The notes: a model not told the origin generated them from the sequence alone. Counted from the first letter of the stretch, positions 52,206 through 61,928 are shown. The stretch is DNA of 64,000 bases from a virus (IMGVR_UViG_3300048502_000133:1-64000); one strand, 5' to 3'. A program made the numbers and translations.

Positions 52206-52724
52206 ATGGCGCTGCAGTACACCGATGAAGACCCCGACCAGCTTCTCGCAAACCCCAGTAATTTTCGGGTACACCCTACCCGTCAGCAGCGGGCTGTTGA
52301 GGCGATCCTGCACGAGATAGGCTACGTTGCGCATGTCCTGGTCAACCAGCGCACCGGGCATATCATCGACGGGCACCTGCGTACGACATTGGCGCTGCGG
52401 GCCGAAGAGATCAGCATCCCGGTCGCGGTCGTGGATCTCTCGCTTGAAGATGAACAGCTGCTCCTGGCGACATTCGACAGCTACGGGCTCTCTACCGTCT
52501 TCGATCAGGAAGTCCTGAAGGAACTCCTGCGGCAGGTACAGACCGAAGACGCGACGATCACCGGGCTCCTTGCCCAGCTGGCGGAGCGGGCCGACCTGTA
52601 CCCCCAGGAGGAGGTCTCCAAACGTGGCGGGAAAACAGACCCCACGAGTGGCGAGGAGAAGGCGCCGCCGGAGCCCGTCTCCTGCACCTGCCCTAACTGC
52701 GGGCACACGTACATGGAGTTATAA
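52206..52724 (+). CDS. ParB/Srx-like N-terminal domain protein 1
   Basis: NPSNFRVHP, IGYVAHVLVNQRTGHIIDGHLR; ends CTCPNCGH. Confidence 0.85.
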   Translation: MALQYTDEDPDQLLANPSNFRVHPTRQQRAVEAILHEIGYVAHVLVNQRTGHIIDGHLRTTLALRAEEISIPVAVVDLSLEDEQLLLATFDSYGLSTVFDQEVLKELLRQVQTEDATITGLLAQLAERADLYPQEEVSKRGGKTDPTSGEEKAPPEPVSCTCPNCGHTYMEL

Positions 52725-52729
52725 ATCCC

Positions 52730-53236
52730 ATGAGTGATCTCCACTACACCTATCAACCCCCCATGCGTCTCGTGCGCCCGGTATCTAGCAGCCCGTATTC
52801 CGCGTCAGTGGTACCGGAGCGCGTCGTCCCCTGGGAGCATGGGCCGCTGCAAGAAGAAATGGACCGGATTCTGACCAGAGAAGCGATCGCCGCGCACCTG
52901 GAGGCTGACGCGCCGGTCCTTACGTGGGCAATGCCGCTGTGGCGCTGGATCCGGCTCTACGTGTTCGCGTGCCATCCCCGCTGGGGCTTCAGCCTGGGAG
53001 CAATGGGCAGCGGCGCTACGTCCCCGTACGTGGAAGGGCCGCTCCCGGAGACGCTGGGCCTGCTGATCCAGCAAGATCCGCTGGCCTTCATGGGTCTCGC
53101 GCCCGATCCCGACGCGCCGCCGCTCTCGACCATCGCGCACTTCTGTCTTGTTCCGCAGTGGCTGATCACGCTCTGGGAAGACCTGGACAACTACAGCGCG
53201 GCTGATGCTGCCGCCCGTATCCGGGATGCGGCATGA
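52730..53236 (+). CDS. hypothetical protein
   Basis: 168 aa between ParB-like and TerS. Confidence 0.55.
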   Translation: MSDLHYTYQPPMRLVRPVSSSPYSASVVPERVVPWEHGPLQEEMDRILTREAIAAHLEADAPVLTWAMPLWRWIRLYVFACHPRWGFSLGAMGSGATSPYVEGPLPETLGLLIQQDPLAFMGLAPDPDAPPLSTIAHFCLVPQWLITLWEDLDNYSAADAAARIRDAA

Positions 53237-53949
53237 CGCGATCGATCTCCATTCCGCCGCCGCCGGACACGTCCCGGCTCCATGGAAAGGCGCTGGCAGC
53301 CTGGGTATGCTACCGCGACCTGGGCGCGTCGCGTACCCTGGAGGAGACCGCGACCACGCTGGGCTACGCCAGCCGCGACTCCATCAAGCGCTGGTACCGG
53401 GAATATAATTTTCCGGCAATGGCCCGCCAGTGGGACGCGCACCGGCAAGCGACACTGGACGCCGACGCGCTCAAGCACCAGCAGGAGCTTATCCGGGCAC
53501 GCCGCGAAGAACGCCTCCAGATAGCGACCAGTTACCGGATGATGAGCCTGGCAACGCTCAAGCAGCACTACAGTGACGGTACACTGCCGCCCAATGTGGC
53601 CCTGGCAATGGCCCAGTTTGCCTCAAAAGAAGAACGGGCAGATCTGGGCGAACTGGAGACGCGCATCGGTCTGCAGGTGGAGGAGGAAACCGAAGTCCTG
53701 CACCAGCCCGCCGGTTCGCCTCTCGCGGCGCTGCGATCCCTGAGCCCGGAGAAGCGCCAGCTGCTCCTGGAACTCTTGCAGGAAGCCACCGGGTACCGTA
53801 TGGATGAGGAGGAGGATCTGTTCGATGCAGCGTACCTAGAGGATGAAAGCGAACATGGAGACGAGCGTAGCGCCGTTCCTGGGCTGGGCCACTCCGGAGC
53901 TGCAAGCCGCATATCGGGCGGAACAGAGCCTCTATCGCTTCGTGCGTGA
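53233..53949 (+). CDS. terS: terminase small subunit
   Basis: AWVCYRDLGASRTLEETATTLG...IKRWYREYNF HTH pattern; directly upstream of TerL. Confidence 0.7.
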   Translation: MTRSISIPPPPDTSRLHGKALAAWVCYRDLGASRTLEETATTLGYASRDSIKRWYREYNFPAMARQWDAHRQATLDADALKHQQELIRARREERLQIATSYRMMSLATLKQHYSDGTLPPNVALAMAQFASKEERADLGELETRIGLQVEEETEVLHQPAGSPLAALRSLSPEKRQLLLELLQEATGYRMDEEEDLFDAAYLEDESEHGDERSAVPGLGHSGAASRISGGTEPLSLRA

Positions 53950-55528
53950 AGCCTGGCATGTGCTGGAGCCCTCCACCCCCTTCGTGGACGGCTGGCATAT
54001 CAAAGTCATCTGTGAGCACCTGGAAGCCGTTACGCATGGGAAGATCCACCGGCTGGTGATCAACATCCCGCCCCGGCACGCCAAGTCTCTGATCGTCGCG
54101 GTATTCTGGCCCTGCTGGGTGTGGACCCAGCAGCCCGGCACCCGCTGGTTGTTTGCCAGCTACGCGCAGACGCTCTCCATCCGCGACTCCCTCAAGTGCC
54201 GGAGACTGGTGCTCTCTCCCTGGTACCAGCGCTACTGGGGCGATCGGGTGAAACTCAGTAGCGACCAGAACGCAAAAGGGCGCTTTGAGAACACCGCGAC
54301 CGGGTATAGACTCGCTACCAGCGTGGACGGCGTAGGGACGGGCGAAGGCGCGGATATTGTGGTCGCGGATGACCCGAACAACGCGACCGAAGCCGAATCC
54401 GACCTGATCCGATCGACGGTGAACCGCTGGTGGGATGAGGCTATGTCCTCCCGCCTGAATGACCCGGAGACCGGCTCCTTCGTGATCATCCAGCAGCGGG
54501 TACACCAGGAGGATTTATCCGGCCATGTGCTGGCAAAAGGCGACTATGAGCACCTGTGCCTGCCCGCAAGTTACGAGCCCGATCGGCCTGCAAAGACCAT
54601 TCTAGGTGCCTACGATCGACGCACCGTTGCGGATCAGCCTCTCTGGCCGCAGCGTTTCACCCGCCGGTCTATCAACCGGCTGGCGCGCGCCATGGGACCG
54701 TACGCCGCCGCAGGGCAGCTCCAGCAGCGCCCGGCCCCGCGCGAAGGCGGTATTTTCCAGTACGACTGGTGGGGCACGTACACCCCCGCCAATCTCCAGA
54801 TGGGGCGCTGCTCCCTGGTGCTGCAGGCGTGGGACACCGCCTTCAAAGAGGGCGCGGAGAATGATTATTCCGTCTGTGCGACCTGGGGCGTATTCCCGAA
54901 CGGGTACTACCTCCTGGACCTGTTCCGGGAGAAAGTCAGTTTCCCGAAGTTAAAACGAGAGGCGATCGCCCAGCACGCCCGGTGGCGCCCGTCAGTGGTG
55001 CTGATCGAAGACAAAGCCTCCGGGCAGAGTTTACTCCAGGAACTCCGGGCCGATACGGTTATCCCGATTATTCCGGTCAAAGTAGGGCCGCACGAAGACA
55101 AGATCTCCCGCGCTACCAGCGTGTCCCCCATTGTCGAATCCGGGAAATGCTACCTCCCCGAAGGAGCGCCATTTCTGGAGGCTTTCTTGAGCGAACATGG
55201 GAACTTCCCCAACGGCGCCCATAAAGACATTGTGGACACCACCGTCATGGCCCTTCGCCGCCTGTCCTCCGGCGAAGTCGGCGTGGCGCTGGAAGAAGAC
55301 GATGCCCTGCCTATGGAGGACGTGGCTGTGGACCCCTGGGGCAACCCGATAGAGGTGGATTCCGGAGTCCGGCGCCCCCTGATCAAGATGAGCCAGGAAG
55401 ACCTGGAGGATCACGATCTTGGAAAGCTACTCACCAGAGACCCGCACACCCACCGCACCGCGCCCACGCCCGTCAGTGTTCCTCCCTTTGGTCTTGACCT
55501 GTCTGGGGCGTTTTTTGATGACCTGTAA
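53855..55528 (+). CDS. terL: terminase large subunit
   Basis: INIPPRHAKS, VVADDPNN, QAWDTAFK, NDYSV, IEDKASGQSL, DKISRA, FPNGAHKDIVD. Confidence 0.95.
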   Translation: METSVAPFLGWATPELQAAYRAEQSLYRFVREAWHVLEPSTPFVDGWHIKVICEHLEAVTHGKIHRLVINIPPRHAKSLIVAVFWPCWVWTQQPGTRWLFASYAQTLSIRDSLKCRRLVLSPWYQRYWGDRVKLSSDQNAKGRFENTATGYRLATSVDGVGTGEGADIVVADDPNNATEAESDLIRSTVNRWWDEAMSSRLNDPETGSFVIIQQRVHQEDLSGHVLAKGDYEHLCLPASYEPDRPAKTILGAYDRRTVADQPLWPQRFTRRSINRLARAMGPYAAAGQLQQRPAPREGGIFQYDWWGTYTPANLQMGRCSLVLQAWDTAFKEGAENDYSVCATWGVFPNGYYLLDLFREKVSFPKLKREAIAQHARWRPSVVLIEDKASGQSLLQELRADTVIPIIPVKVGPHEDKISRATSVSPIVESGKCYLPEGAPFLEAFLSEHGNFPNGAHKDIVDTTVMALRRLSSGEVGVALEEDDALPMEDVAVDPWGNPIEVDSGVRRPLIKMSQEDLEDHDLGKLLTRDPHTHRTAPTPVSVPPFGLDLSGAFFDDL

Positions 55529-55539
55529 CTGGAGGCGGT

Positions 55540-57138
55540 ATGCCCAACAACCATCCGCGCGAAACGGCCCCGCGCCAGGAATCGCTGGCAGAGTTCGCGC
55601 ATACCGTCTCTGACAGCTCCGATCGCCTGGCGGTTCTGCTCAACGAAGCGCGTGCCCGCGTCTCCCAACGCCCCGATCCCGGTGACCCGCCCGACCGGCC
55701 CACTTCCCCGGATCGCGCCTCTGCGGTCACCCGCACCACGTACCCGACCGGCGATCAGGGCGGCGATCCCCTGATGAAGTCCAGCTACCTCACGACTGAC
55801 GTAAGCAACCGCGCCCGGAAGATCTCCCTGTATCAGGCGTTCCTGGGCGAATCCCCGGTGTCAGGGGCAATTGAAGCTATTGCCGCCCGGCTGGTCTCCG
55901 GCGGCTGGGTGCTAAAGCCCGTCGATGCGAAGCACCCCAACGAAGAGACCAGAGAACCCCTACAAGAACTCCTTGACTGGTGCAACCCGGACGAAGAGTT
56001 CGGGCAGATGCTCCACGACACCGCGACCGATCTCCTGTGGGCAGGCGAAGCCTACTGGGAAATCACCAGCAAGTCCAGCGTCTACTGGGGGCGGAAAGTC
56101 CCGTACGAGCTATTTACGGTAGACCCGATCTCCATGGATTACGTGCTGGCCCCCAACCGCAAGCAAATAGCGGGCTACGTCCAGCAGGGCGAAGACGGGA
56201 AGCCCATCCCGCTCAAGCCCTCGCAGATCATCCGCTGGTGGTTTCCGGACCCGCGCAACCGCTTCAAGGCGCTGTCTCCGCTGGAAAAGCTGCTCAACCC
56301 CGTGGTCACTGACACGTATTTACAGTTATCTGATCAGAAATACTTTCAGCAGGGGAACCGCTCCGGTACGGCAATTTTGTTGAAAAACGGCAATCAAGCC
56401 CTGGCGTCCCGCCTGCTGCGCTGGATCACTGAGCAATACCTGGGCGTCAAGAACGCGCACAAGCCGCTGATCCTGTTTGGTGAGCAATCGGACATGGACA
56501 TACGCGACGTGCCCGACCACAGCTCCATAGACGTGGTGGAGCGCCGCAAGTACTCCCGCGATGAAATCCTCTCCGGCTACAAAGTCCCGCCGCACCTGAT
56601 GAGCGCCCTCGAAGGTACCGGGCAGGGTGGGCAGGCAGTGGGCGACACCATGGAGAAGCAGTTCGTGCATACGGCTGTGGACCCCATCCGCCAGCGCATC
56701 ATGAGCAAGGCGACGTTCCGTATCTGTGTGCAGGGCTTTGGTATTGACGACTGGGTGATCGACACCACGTACGCCGATCTCCGCGACTCCGATAGAGTTC
56801 TGGAGAACATGAAGACCCGCATCTTTACCGGGCTCTCCACCATCAACCGGGAACTCGCGGAGCAAAAGCAGCCGTCCATCGAAGGCGGCGATATTCCCAT
56901 TCTGGTGCTGGGCTCTACGATTGTCCGGGTAGATTCACTGCCCAACCTGCCCATGACGCCACCGGCGCCCGGCGGTGCCGCAGGGGCAGGTGGCGACGAA
57001 GACCCGACCGGCAGTGGGTTTACGGGAGACCCGAAAGACGATCCCAGGGACAAGCAGGCCGCCGCCCAGAAGCCGAAAACGCCCGCAGACGCCAAGGGAA
57101 CAACGGGTCACCCAACCGGCCCGGACCTCTCCGATTGA
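55540..57138 (+). CDS. portal protein
   Basis: SPVSGAIEAIA, DLLWAGEAYWEI, DPISM, ALSPLE, YFQQGN, ILSGYKVPPHLM; follows TerL. Confidence 0.9.
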   Translation: MPNNHPRETAPRQESLAEFAHTVSDSSDRLAVLLNEARARVSQRPDPGDPPDRPTSPDRASAVTRTTYPTGDQGGDPLMKSSYLTTDVSNRARKISLYQAFLGESPVSGAIEAIAARLVSGGWVLKPVDAKHPNEETREPLQELLDWCNPDEEFGQMLHDTATDLLWAGEAYWEITSKSSVYWGRKVPYELFTVDPISMDYVLAPNRKQIAGYVQQGEDGKPIPLKPSQIIRWWFPDPRNRFKALSPLEKLLNPVVTDTYLQLSDQKYFQQGNRSGTAILLKNGNQALASRLLRWITEQYLGVKNAHKPLILFGEQSDMDIRDVPDHSSIDVVERRKYSRDEILSGYKVPPHLMSALEGTGQGGQAVGDTMEKQFVHTAVDPIRQRIMSKATFRICVQGFGIDDWVIDTTYADLRDSDRVLENMKTRIFTGLSTINRELAEQKQPSIEGGDIPILVLGSTIVRVDSLPNLPMTPPAPGGAAGAGGDEDPTGSGFTGDPKDDPRDKQAAAQKPKTPADAKGTTGHPTGPDLSD

Positions 57139-57174
57139 CCCCGTTTTGACCCCGTTTTGACCCACCTGTGACCC
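57135..57174 (+). repeat. four TGACCC direct repeats at 11-bp spacing
   Basis: TGACCC at 57136, 57147, 57158, 57169; the first TGA is the portal stop. Confidence 0.85.
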
Positions 57175-57204
57175 GGCTCTATACGCATATCTGGAGGGCA
57201 CGCC

Positions 57205-57411
57205 ATGGAAGAGATTCCCGAAACACCCGAAGAGACCTCCGCAGACCCCGCAGCTGGAAAACTTCTAGAGCTGGTATCCGGCGCGGTCTACGTCCCCGTA
57301 CCGGAGCCCGTCTCCCGCCGCGATCGCCGGGCACATGCCGCGCGCTGGAAACGGTCTATCCGGCCTAACGGGCGTGCCCGCAAGCTGTCGAACTACGGTG
57401 CCCGCGTATGA
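57205..57411 (+). CDS. small hypothetical protein
   Basis: GGAGG RBS; 68 aa; basic C-terminus. Confidence 0.5.
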   Translation: MEEIPETPEETSADPAAGKLLELVSGAVYVPVPEPVSRRDRRAHAARWKRSIRPNGRARKLSNYGARV

Positions 57412-57902
57412 TCCGGTCGCGCATCGTCCGGCACGAGCTGCAGAACCCGCTGCAGCTGATCCCGCACCCCTTGCACTTCACGCCCAGGCTCCCCGGTGAC
57501 CCGGCCCGCGTGGCGCTTACTGAAGTCATCAAGCGCATCGGGTTTCAATCGCCGGTGATCGTCAACAGCGATACCGGCTACCTGCTGGACGGGCACACGC
57601 GCCGCCTGATTGCCCTGGAGCTGGGTATTGTCCAGATCCCGGTCTGCGTGGTGACGGTCACCCCTGAAGAGGAAAAGATCCTGCTGGCAGTCTTCGATCA
57701 CACCCGCGACATGGCGATAACCGACAAGGACATGCTGCACGATCTCTGTACCAGCCTGATTCCGCTCAACCTGGATCAGGCGATCATGAACCTGCTGGAC
57801 GATCTTCTCGCGCGGGCAAGGAAGCTCCCGTTCCTCCCTACGGCACTCCCGGAAGAGCCCCGGACAACGCACGCCTGCCCCAATTGCGGGCACAAGTGGT
57901 AA
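57408..57902 (+). CDS. ParB/Srx-like N-terminal domain protein 2
   Basis: IGFQSPVIVNSDTGYLLDGHTRR; ends CPNCGHKW. Confidence 0.85.
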   Translation: MIRSRIVRHELQNPLQLIPHPLHFTPRLPGDPARVALTEVIKRIGFQSPVIVNSDTGYLLDGHTRRLIALELGIVQIPVCVVTVTPEEEKILLAVFDHTRDMAITDKDMLHDLCTSLIPLNLDQAIMNLLDDLLARARKLPFLPTALPEEPRTTHACPNCGHKW

Positions 57903-58337
57903 GGAGCCCGCAATTGGACCCAGAGAACGACGCGCTGGAGACTCCGGCCCCACCGTCCTGGTTTCCATTGGTACGCGTGGTTCTGGATGCCAGTTCCGAA
58001 ATGCACGATCTGCGGGCACCTGAAACGGTACCGCCGCTCTCGATGAGCCCGCTGGAGACTCCGGCCCTACTCACCGAAAAGAAGCTGAACGCGTTCCTTG
58101 ACGCGCTCTGGAGGAACGGCTAATGCCTACCCCGATCCCGCCCAACCAGGCAGGCCAGCCCCAACCGGGCGGCAACCCCAGCAATCCGGTCACCCCGACC
58201 TACCCACTGCCGCCCCCTCCCGCTCCGCAGACCCTTACGCTGGCTCAGGTGGCGTGCCTGACCCCGAAACAGGTTGGCTGATCTCCTGACGCGATCCCAC
58301 CCCTCGCTCCCTGGACAGTCCAAAGGACGTGCCCTGC

Positions 58338-60431
58338 ATGGCAGCTTCTCAATCGCTTGCACAGATTCTTTTTGATCCGGTCGCCACCACGAGCCCGAAC
58401 AACCGGCCCTATGTAGACATTGGGAACCTTTCCAACGCCCCGATCCCGGTCGCGGTTATGTCAGGCGGTACCGCCGCCACGCAGTACACCAGCGCCGCTA
58501 CGGTCTCCGGCAACCCTACTGGTATGGCAATTGTGTTCAACAACGCCGGTACCTGGGCCACCGCTGGCTCCGTTACCCCGCTCCCGATCTCCGGCACCAT
58601 CACCCCCGGATCGTCTGCCGCCATCAATGACGGCGTGGTGACCACCCAGAAGGCAACGGTCGCGCAGTTCCACAACGCCGACAACCAGAACCCCGGCGGT
58701 ACGGCCTACGGGCTACTCACCGGCGGCGTGGCCCAGCTGCTCAACATTGACGGCAACATCGATCGTCAGCGTGAGACAGGCACCGATAACGTCCCGGCCC
58801 AGGGCATCTCGACCGGATCCATGCAGATGGCCATGAGTTTCAACGGCCTGATGAGTGTGGACGCGACGGGCGCCGGTGTCCGCACCTTTACCCCGACCAG
58901 CCCCTCTACCTCCAACAGCGGCACCATCGCCGGTGTCCCCTGGTGGATCAAGCCTGGCACCGTTCTTTCCATCGACACCGGCGTCAATCAAGAATGGATC
59001 GTGGTCACCGCGACCAACGGTACCGTCCTGTCCAACGGGCAAGTCGTGACGGCTGGCACCACCTTCCAGGCAACCACGCTGCGCGCGCGCTCCGGTACCA
59101 CGAATATCCCGTTTACCGGATTTACCTATAACCAAGAACGGGACGCCGCCGGTGAGCTGGACGGCGCGACGGGCTCCGGTACCGCGCTGGCTGTCGATTA
59201 TCTCTACAATGGCGGCGCCGGTGCAACGAGCGGCAACTACGATCGGGAACGATCGCTCTCCGGCCTGGGCCTGTTCGCGGGTGCCCTGAGCACCGCCACC
59301 CAGGGCACGTCAAGCCTGGTCTTCTCCGGCACGCCGACCGGCCTGCAGCCCGGCACGCCGATCTTCCTCTACACCAGCTCCGCCGCCGGTACGGTCCCGT
59401 CCGAAGTGGTCTACGTCTCCACGCTCTACGTGTCCGGTACCACCGTACCGATCACCAGCACCATCCAGACCGCCGGTATCACCTACGCCCGCTTCAGCGC
59501 CAACAGCGTGATCGGTCCCGGCATCGCGGGCTTCCTGCCTACGGGCGAGGGCGCCGAAATCGCCGGTATCTTCTCCAACGCCCAGCAGCTGTACTACCTG
59601 ATCCGGTCTGCCGAAGTAGACGCCATGCCGCTGGCAAGCGTGCCGATGGAAAACGCCGGGCTGTACAACGGCACCACCTTTGATCGCCAGCGTTCGGTGC
59701 TCAGTGACGCCCAGGCAGCCATTGGTATCGAAGCCGCGACGGACATGCTCTACAACGGTTCGACGTTCGATCGTGCCCGCAGCGCCACTGCGGACGCGAT
59801 GGCTATCACCGGCGTCGAAGCCGCGTCGGACATGCTCTGGAACGGCTCCAGCTTCGATAGAGCCCGTTCTGCGGTCTCCGATGCCCTGGCCACCACCGGC
59901 ATCGAAGCGGCAAGCGAAATGCTCTGGAACGGCTCCAGCTTTGACCGCGCCCGCAGCGCAACGATAGGCGATAACGTGGCGCCTACCGGCATCGGCGCCG
60001 ATAGTTTCTACGTCGTGACCGCTGCCGCCGGTGGCGTGGCGTCTCTCTCACCGCTGCGCACCCCATCGGTCTTCAAGACCATTACCGCGACGGCGTCAGG
60101 CTCCACCGCGCTGTGGACGCCCGCCGGTGGGAAAAAGTTCCGCGCGATGCGGTATATCATCGAAGTCACCGGCAACGCCGCGATTGCGTCCGGCGGCGTC
60201 CTGACCATCGATCTCCTGGACAGCGCCGCGTCGTTCAACAACACCCATTCTGTGTGGGTACCGGCGTCGGCCCAGGCCACCACCCCAGGCGGCGGCTTCT
60301 CGACCGGCTGGATCGATCTGGGCAACGGCTACCTGTCCACAACCGCGAACAACATCCTGAACGTCTCGCTGTCAGCCGCGCTCACCGCTGGCCTGGTACG
60401 CGTGACCATAGCAGGCACCGAAGAGTCGTAA
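58338..60431 (+). CDS. putative head fibre / decoration protein
   Basis: About 700 aa, Thr/Gly/Ala-rich; NG(T/S)(T/S)FDRxR repeats; C-terminal beta-sandwich-like domain; follows portal region. Confidence 0.55.
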   Translation: MAASQSLAQILFDPVATTSPNNRPYVDIGNLSNAPIPVAVMSGGTAATQYTSAATVSGNPTGMAIVFNNAGTWATAGSVTPLPISGTITPGSSAAINDGVVTTQKATVAQFHNADNQNPGGTAYGLLTGGVAQLLNIDGNIDRQRETGTDNVPAQGISTGSMQMAMSFNGLMSVDATGAGVRTFTPTSPSTSNSGTIAGVPWWIKPGTVLSIDTGVNQEWIVVTATNGTVLSNGQVVTAGTTFQATTLRARSGTTNIPFTGFTYNQERDAAGELDGATGSGTALAVDYLYNGGAGATSGNYDRERSLSGLGLFAGALSTATQGTSSLVFSGTPTGLQPGTPIFLYTSSAAGTVPSEVVYVSTLYVSGTTVPITSTIQTAGITYARFSANSVIGPGIAGFLPTGEGAEIAGIFSNAQQLYYLIRSAEVDAMPLASVPMENAGLYNGTTFDRQRSVLSDAQAAIGIEAATDMLYNGSTFDRARSATADAMAITGVEAASDMLWNGSSFDRARSAVSDALATTGIEAASEMLWNGSSFDRARSATIGDNVAPTGIGADSFYVVTAAAGGVASLSPLRTPSVFKTITATASGSTALWTPAGGKKFRAMRYIIEVTGNAAIASGGVLTIDLLDSAASFNNTHSVWVPASAQATTPGGGFSTGWIDLGNGYLSTTANNILNVSLSAALTAGLVRVTIAGTEES
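59661..60008 (+). repeat. four 87-bp (29-aa) coding repeats
   Basis: L(Y/W)NG(T/S)(T/S)FDR(Q/A)RS units start at 59661, 59748, 59835, 59922. Confidence 0.9.
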
Positions 60432-60608
60432 TCTGCCAGTGCCGGAGCGTTTGACCGGGCGCCCCGCAGCACATTTTCCCAGGCTTCCTGGGCTGGTTTT
60501 CCTTTCGCCAGCCTGGTAGCCTTCAGGCGGCGGTATGGCGCACCCTGGCCGCATGACCACACACATGCGTCCTTGCATACCGCCGCCCCCTTTTGCTAGA
60601 ATGTCCAG

Positions 60609-60727
60609 CAGGAGAAACGCCCTGGCGGTATCAGCCCCAGGGCGCTATCCTTGAGTCGGGCTCCGCGCATTGCGCACAACGCCCTTGAGCCCCCAGGTAG
60701 TGTTACCTGGGGGCTCCGTCTTTTCTT
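60609..60727 (+). ncRNA. candidate small RNA between an extended -10 promoter and a terminator
   Basis: TTGCAT (60573) and TGcTAGAAT (60594-60602) upstream; hairpin 60618-60644; terminator 60687-60727; no ATG/GTG ORF after the transcription start. Confidence 0.45.
60687..60727 (+). terminator. intrinsic terminator
   Basis: 13-bp stem GAGCCCCCAGGTA / TACCTGGGGGCTC, loop GTGT, then CGTCTTTTCTT. Confidence 0.75.
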
Positions 60728-60738
60728 CCAGCAGCTGA

Positions 60739-61044
60739 TTACCGGAGTCTGTCCAGCGCCGCCTCTGCCTGTTCGAGCGCCAATCGTGCCGCCTCTACTT
60801 TGCCCGCCCGGTACCGCAGCAGCCCGCCCTGCTGGGCCAGCGCAAAGCCAATCCGCGCTATGAGCGCCATATCGTCCAGCGTCGCCTCCCGGAGCCGTTG
60901 TGTCTCTATCAGGGCAACAGCGATAGTATTTTGTAGTCTGTCTTCCTCACAGGCTACCGCGTTCGCTGCCTGCTCCCTGGCATCCAGCAGCCGCGCGTAG
61001 CGATCGTTCTGTGCCCGATCGCGGTACGCAGTACCTAGCATCAT
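60739..61044 (-). CDS. hypothetical coiled-coil protein
   Basis: GGGAGGG RBS, ATG 61044. Confidence 0.55.
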   Translation of the reverse strand: MMLGTAYRDRAQNDRYARLLDAREQAANAVACEEDRLQNTIAVALIETQRLREATLDDMALIARIGFALAQQGGLLRYRAGKVEAARLALEQAEAALDRLR

Positions 61045-61155
61045 CCCTCCCCCAGGCTGCACTGATACACATTCTCAATAAATACCCGCCGATCATCCCA
61101 AATTCGCGGCCCCGGAGCCGCCCCGCCCCGAAAAGGCTCTGATACTCATTCTCAC

Positions 61156-61362
61156 CTACTCAGGCCCCTCCCGCGCCTTGATCGTCGCCCCCAGGCACTG
61201 CTGCGTGGTAAAGAGATAGGTCTTCCGGTGGGGCTTCGTTTTCGGCGCGACCGCTACGCTGTAGTGTTGTGGCCCTCGCCAGAAGGCATACGGGCTCACC
61301 TCCGCCTGGACGGTCTCCGTGGTCAAGGCATCGGCCCAGACCTTCGCCTCGTGCTCATTCAT
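61156..61362 (-). CDS. small hypothetical protein
   Basis: 68 aa. Confidence 0.5.
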   Translation of the reverse strand: MNEHEAKVWADALTTETVQAEVSPYAFWRGPQHYSVAVAPKTKPHRKTYLFTTQQCLGATIKAREGPE

Positions 61363-61601
61363 CCGCGCAACTCCCGCGCTAAGTCCTCAGACCAGCACGC
61401 TTGCCAGTCTGTCCAGCGCCCATAGCGCCGCTTGAGCCGGGTCATTTCCGGTAGATTCCCCGCGCTAATATCGGGCCATATATCATGCCAGCAGGCGTCA
61501 TAGTGCCGAAGCTGCGAGGGACATGCCATGGGGCTTCAGCCCCTGTGGTTCATGACCTCGTACGTACAAGGGCTCCGACACCCGGAGCCCACCACCACTG
61601 C

Positions 61602-61859
61602 CTACCGCGCGTACACCGTTGTCGGATCCACCGCGAAGGTCTCCTGCCGCACGATTGCCGCCGCCTTCAGCGCCGCGACCAGCACCTCCAACTCCGCAAT
61701 CTCCCGGACCCGCCCCGCTGCCTGTGCATTGCTGACCGTCTCACGCAGCACCTCGCGGCTATGGCGGATGGCGTCTACCTTCTGTGTGACCGCGTGCATC
61801 GCCTGGTTGATAGCTACTTCCTGCTCGACTGCCGTTGCCTGTGCGGTCGTGGTGTGCAT
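61602..61859 (-). CDS. hypothetical helical protein (in frame with upstream ORF from 62162)
   Basis: AAGGAG RBS before ATG 61859, just downstream of box promoter 10. Confidence 0.6.
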   Translation of the reverse strand: MHTTTAQATAVEQEVAINQAMHAVTQKVDAIRHSREVLRETVSNAQAAGRVREIAELEVLVAALKAAAIVRQETFAVDPTTVYAR

Positions 61860-61899
61860 CGTCTGCTCCTTCGTCTTCGTGTCTTCCTCATCTGCAAGC

Positions 61900-61928
61900 A
61901 GCATACCATACGTTGCAACGCGTGTCAA
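61900..61928 (-). promoter_or_regulatory. box promoter 10: TTGACA-17-TATGCT
   Basis: Minus strand TTGACACGCGTTGCAACGTATGGTATGCT, identical to promoter 1. Confidence 0.9.

Noticed and set aside
53843-53949. TerS/TerL overlap of about 100 nt as a programmed frameshift fusion
   Set aside because: TerL has its own plausible ATG starts and a normal N-terminus; no slippery sequence seen
59661-60008. 87-bp repeats as a CRISPR-like array
   Set aside because: Degenerate, in-frame coding repeats with mostly synonymous or conservative changes
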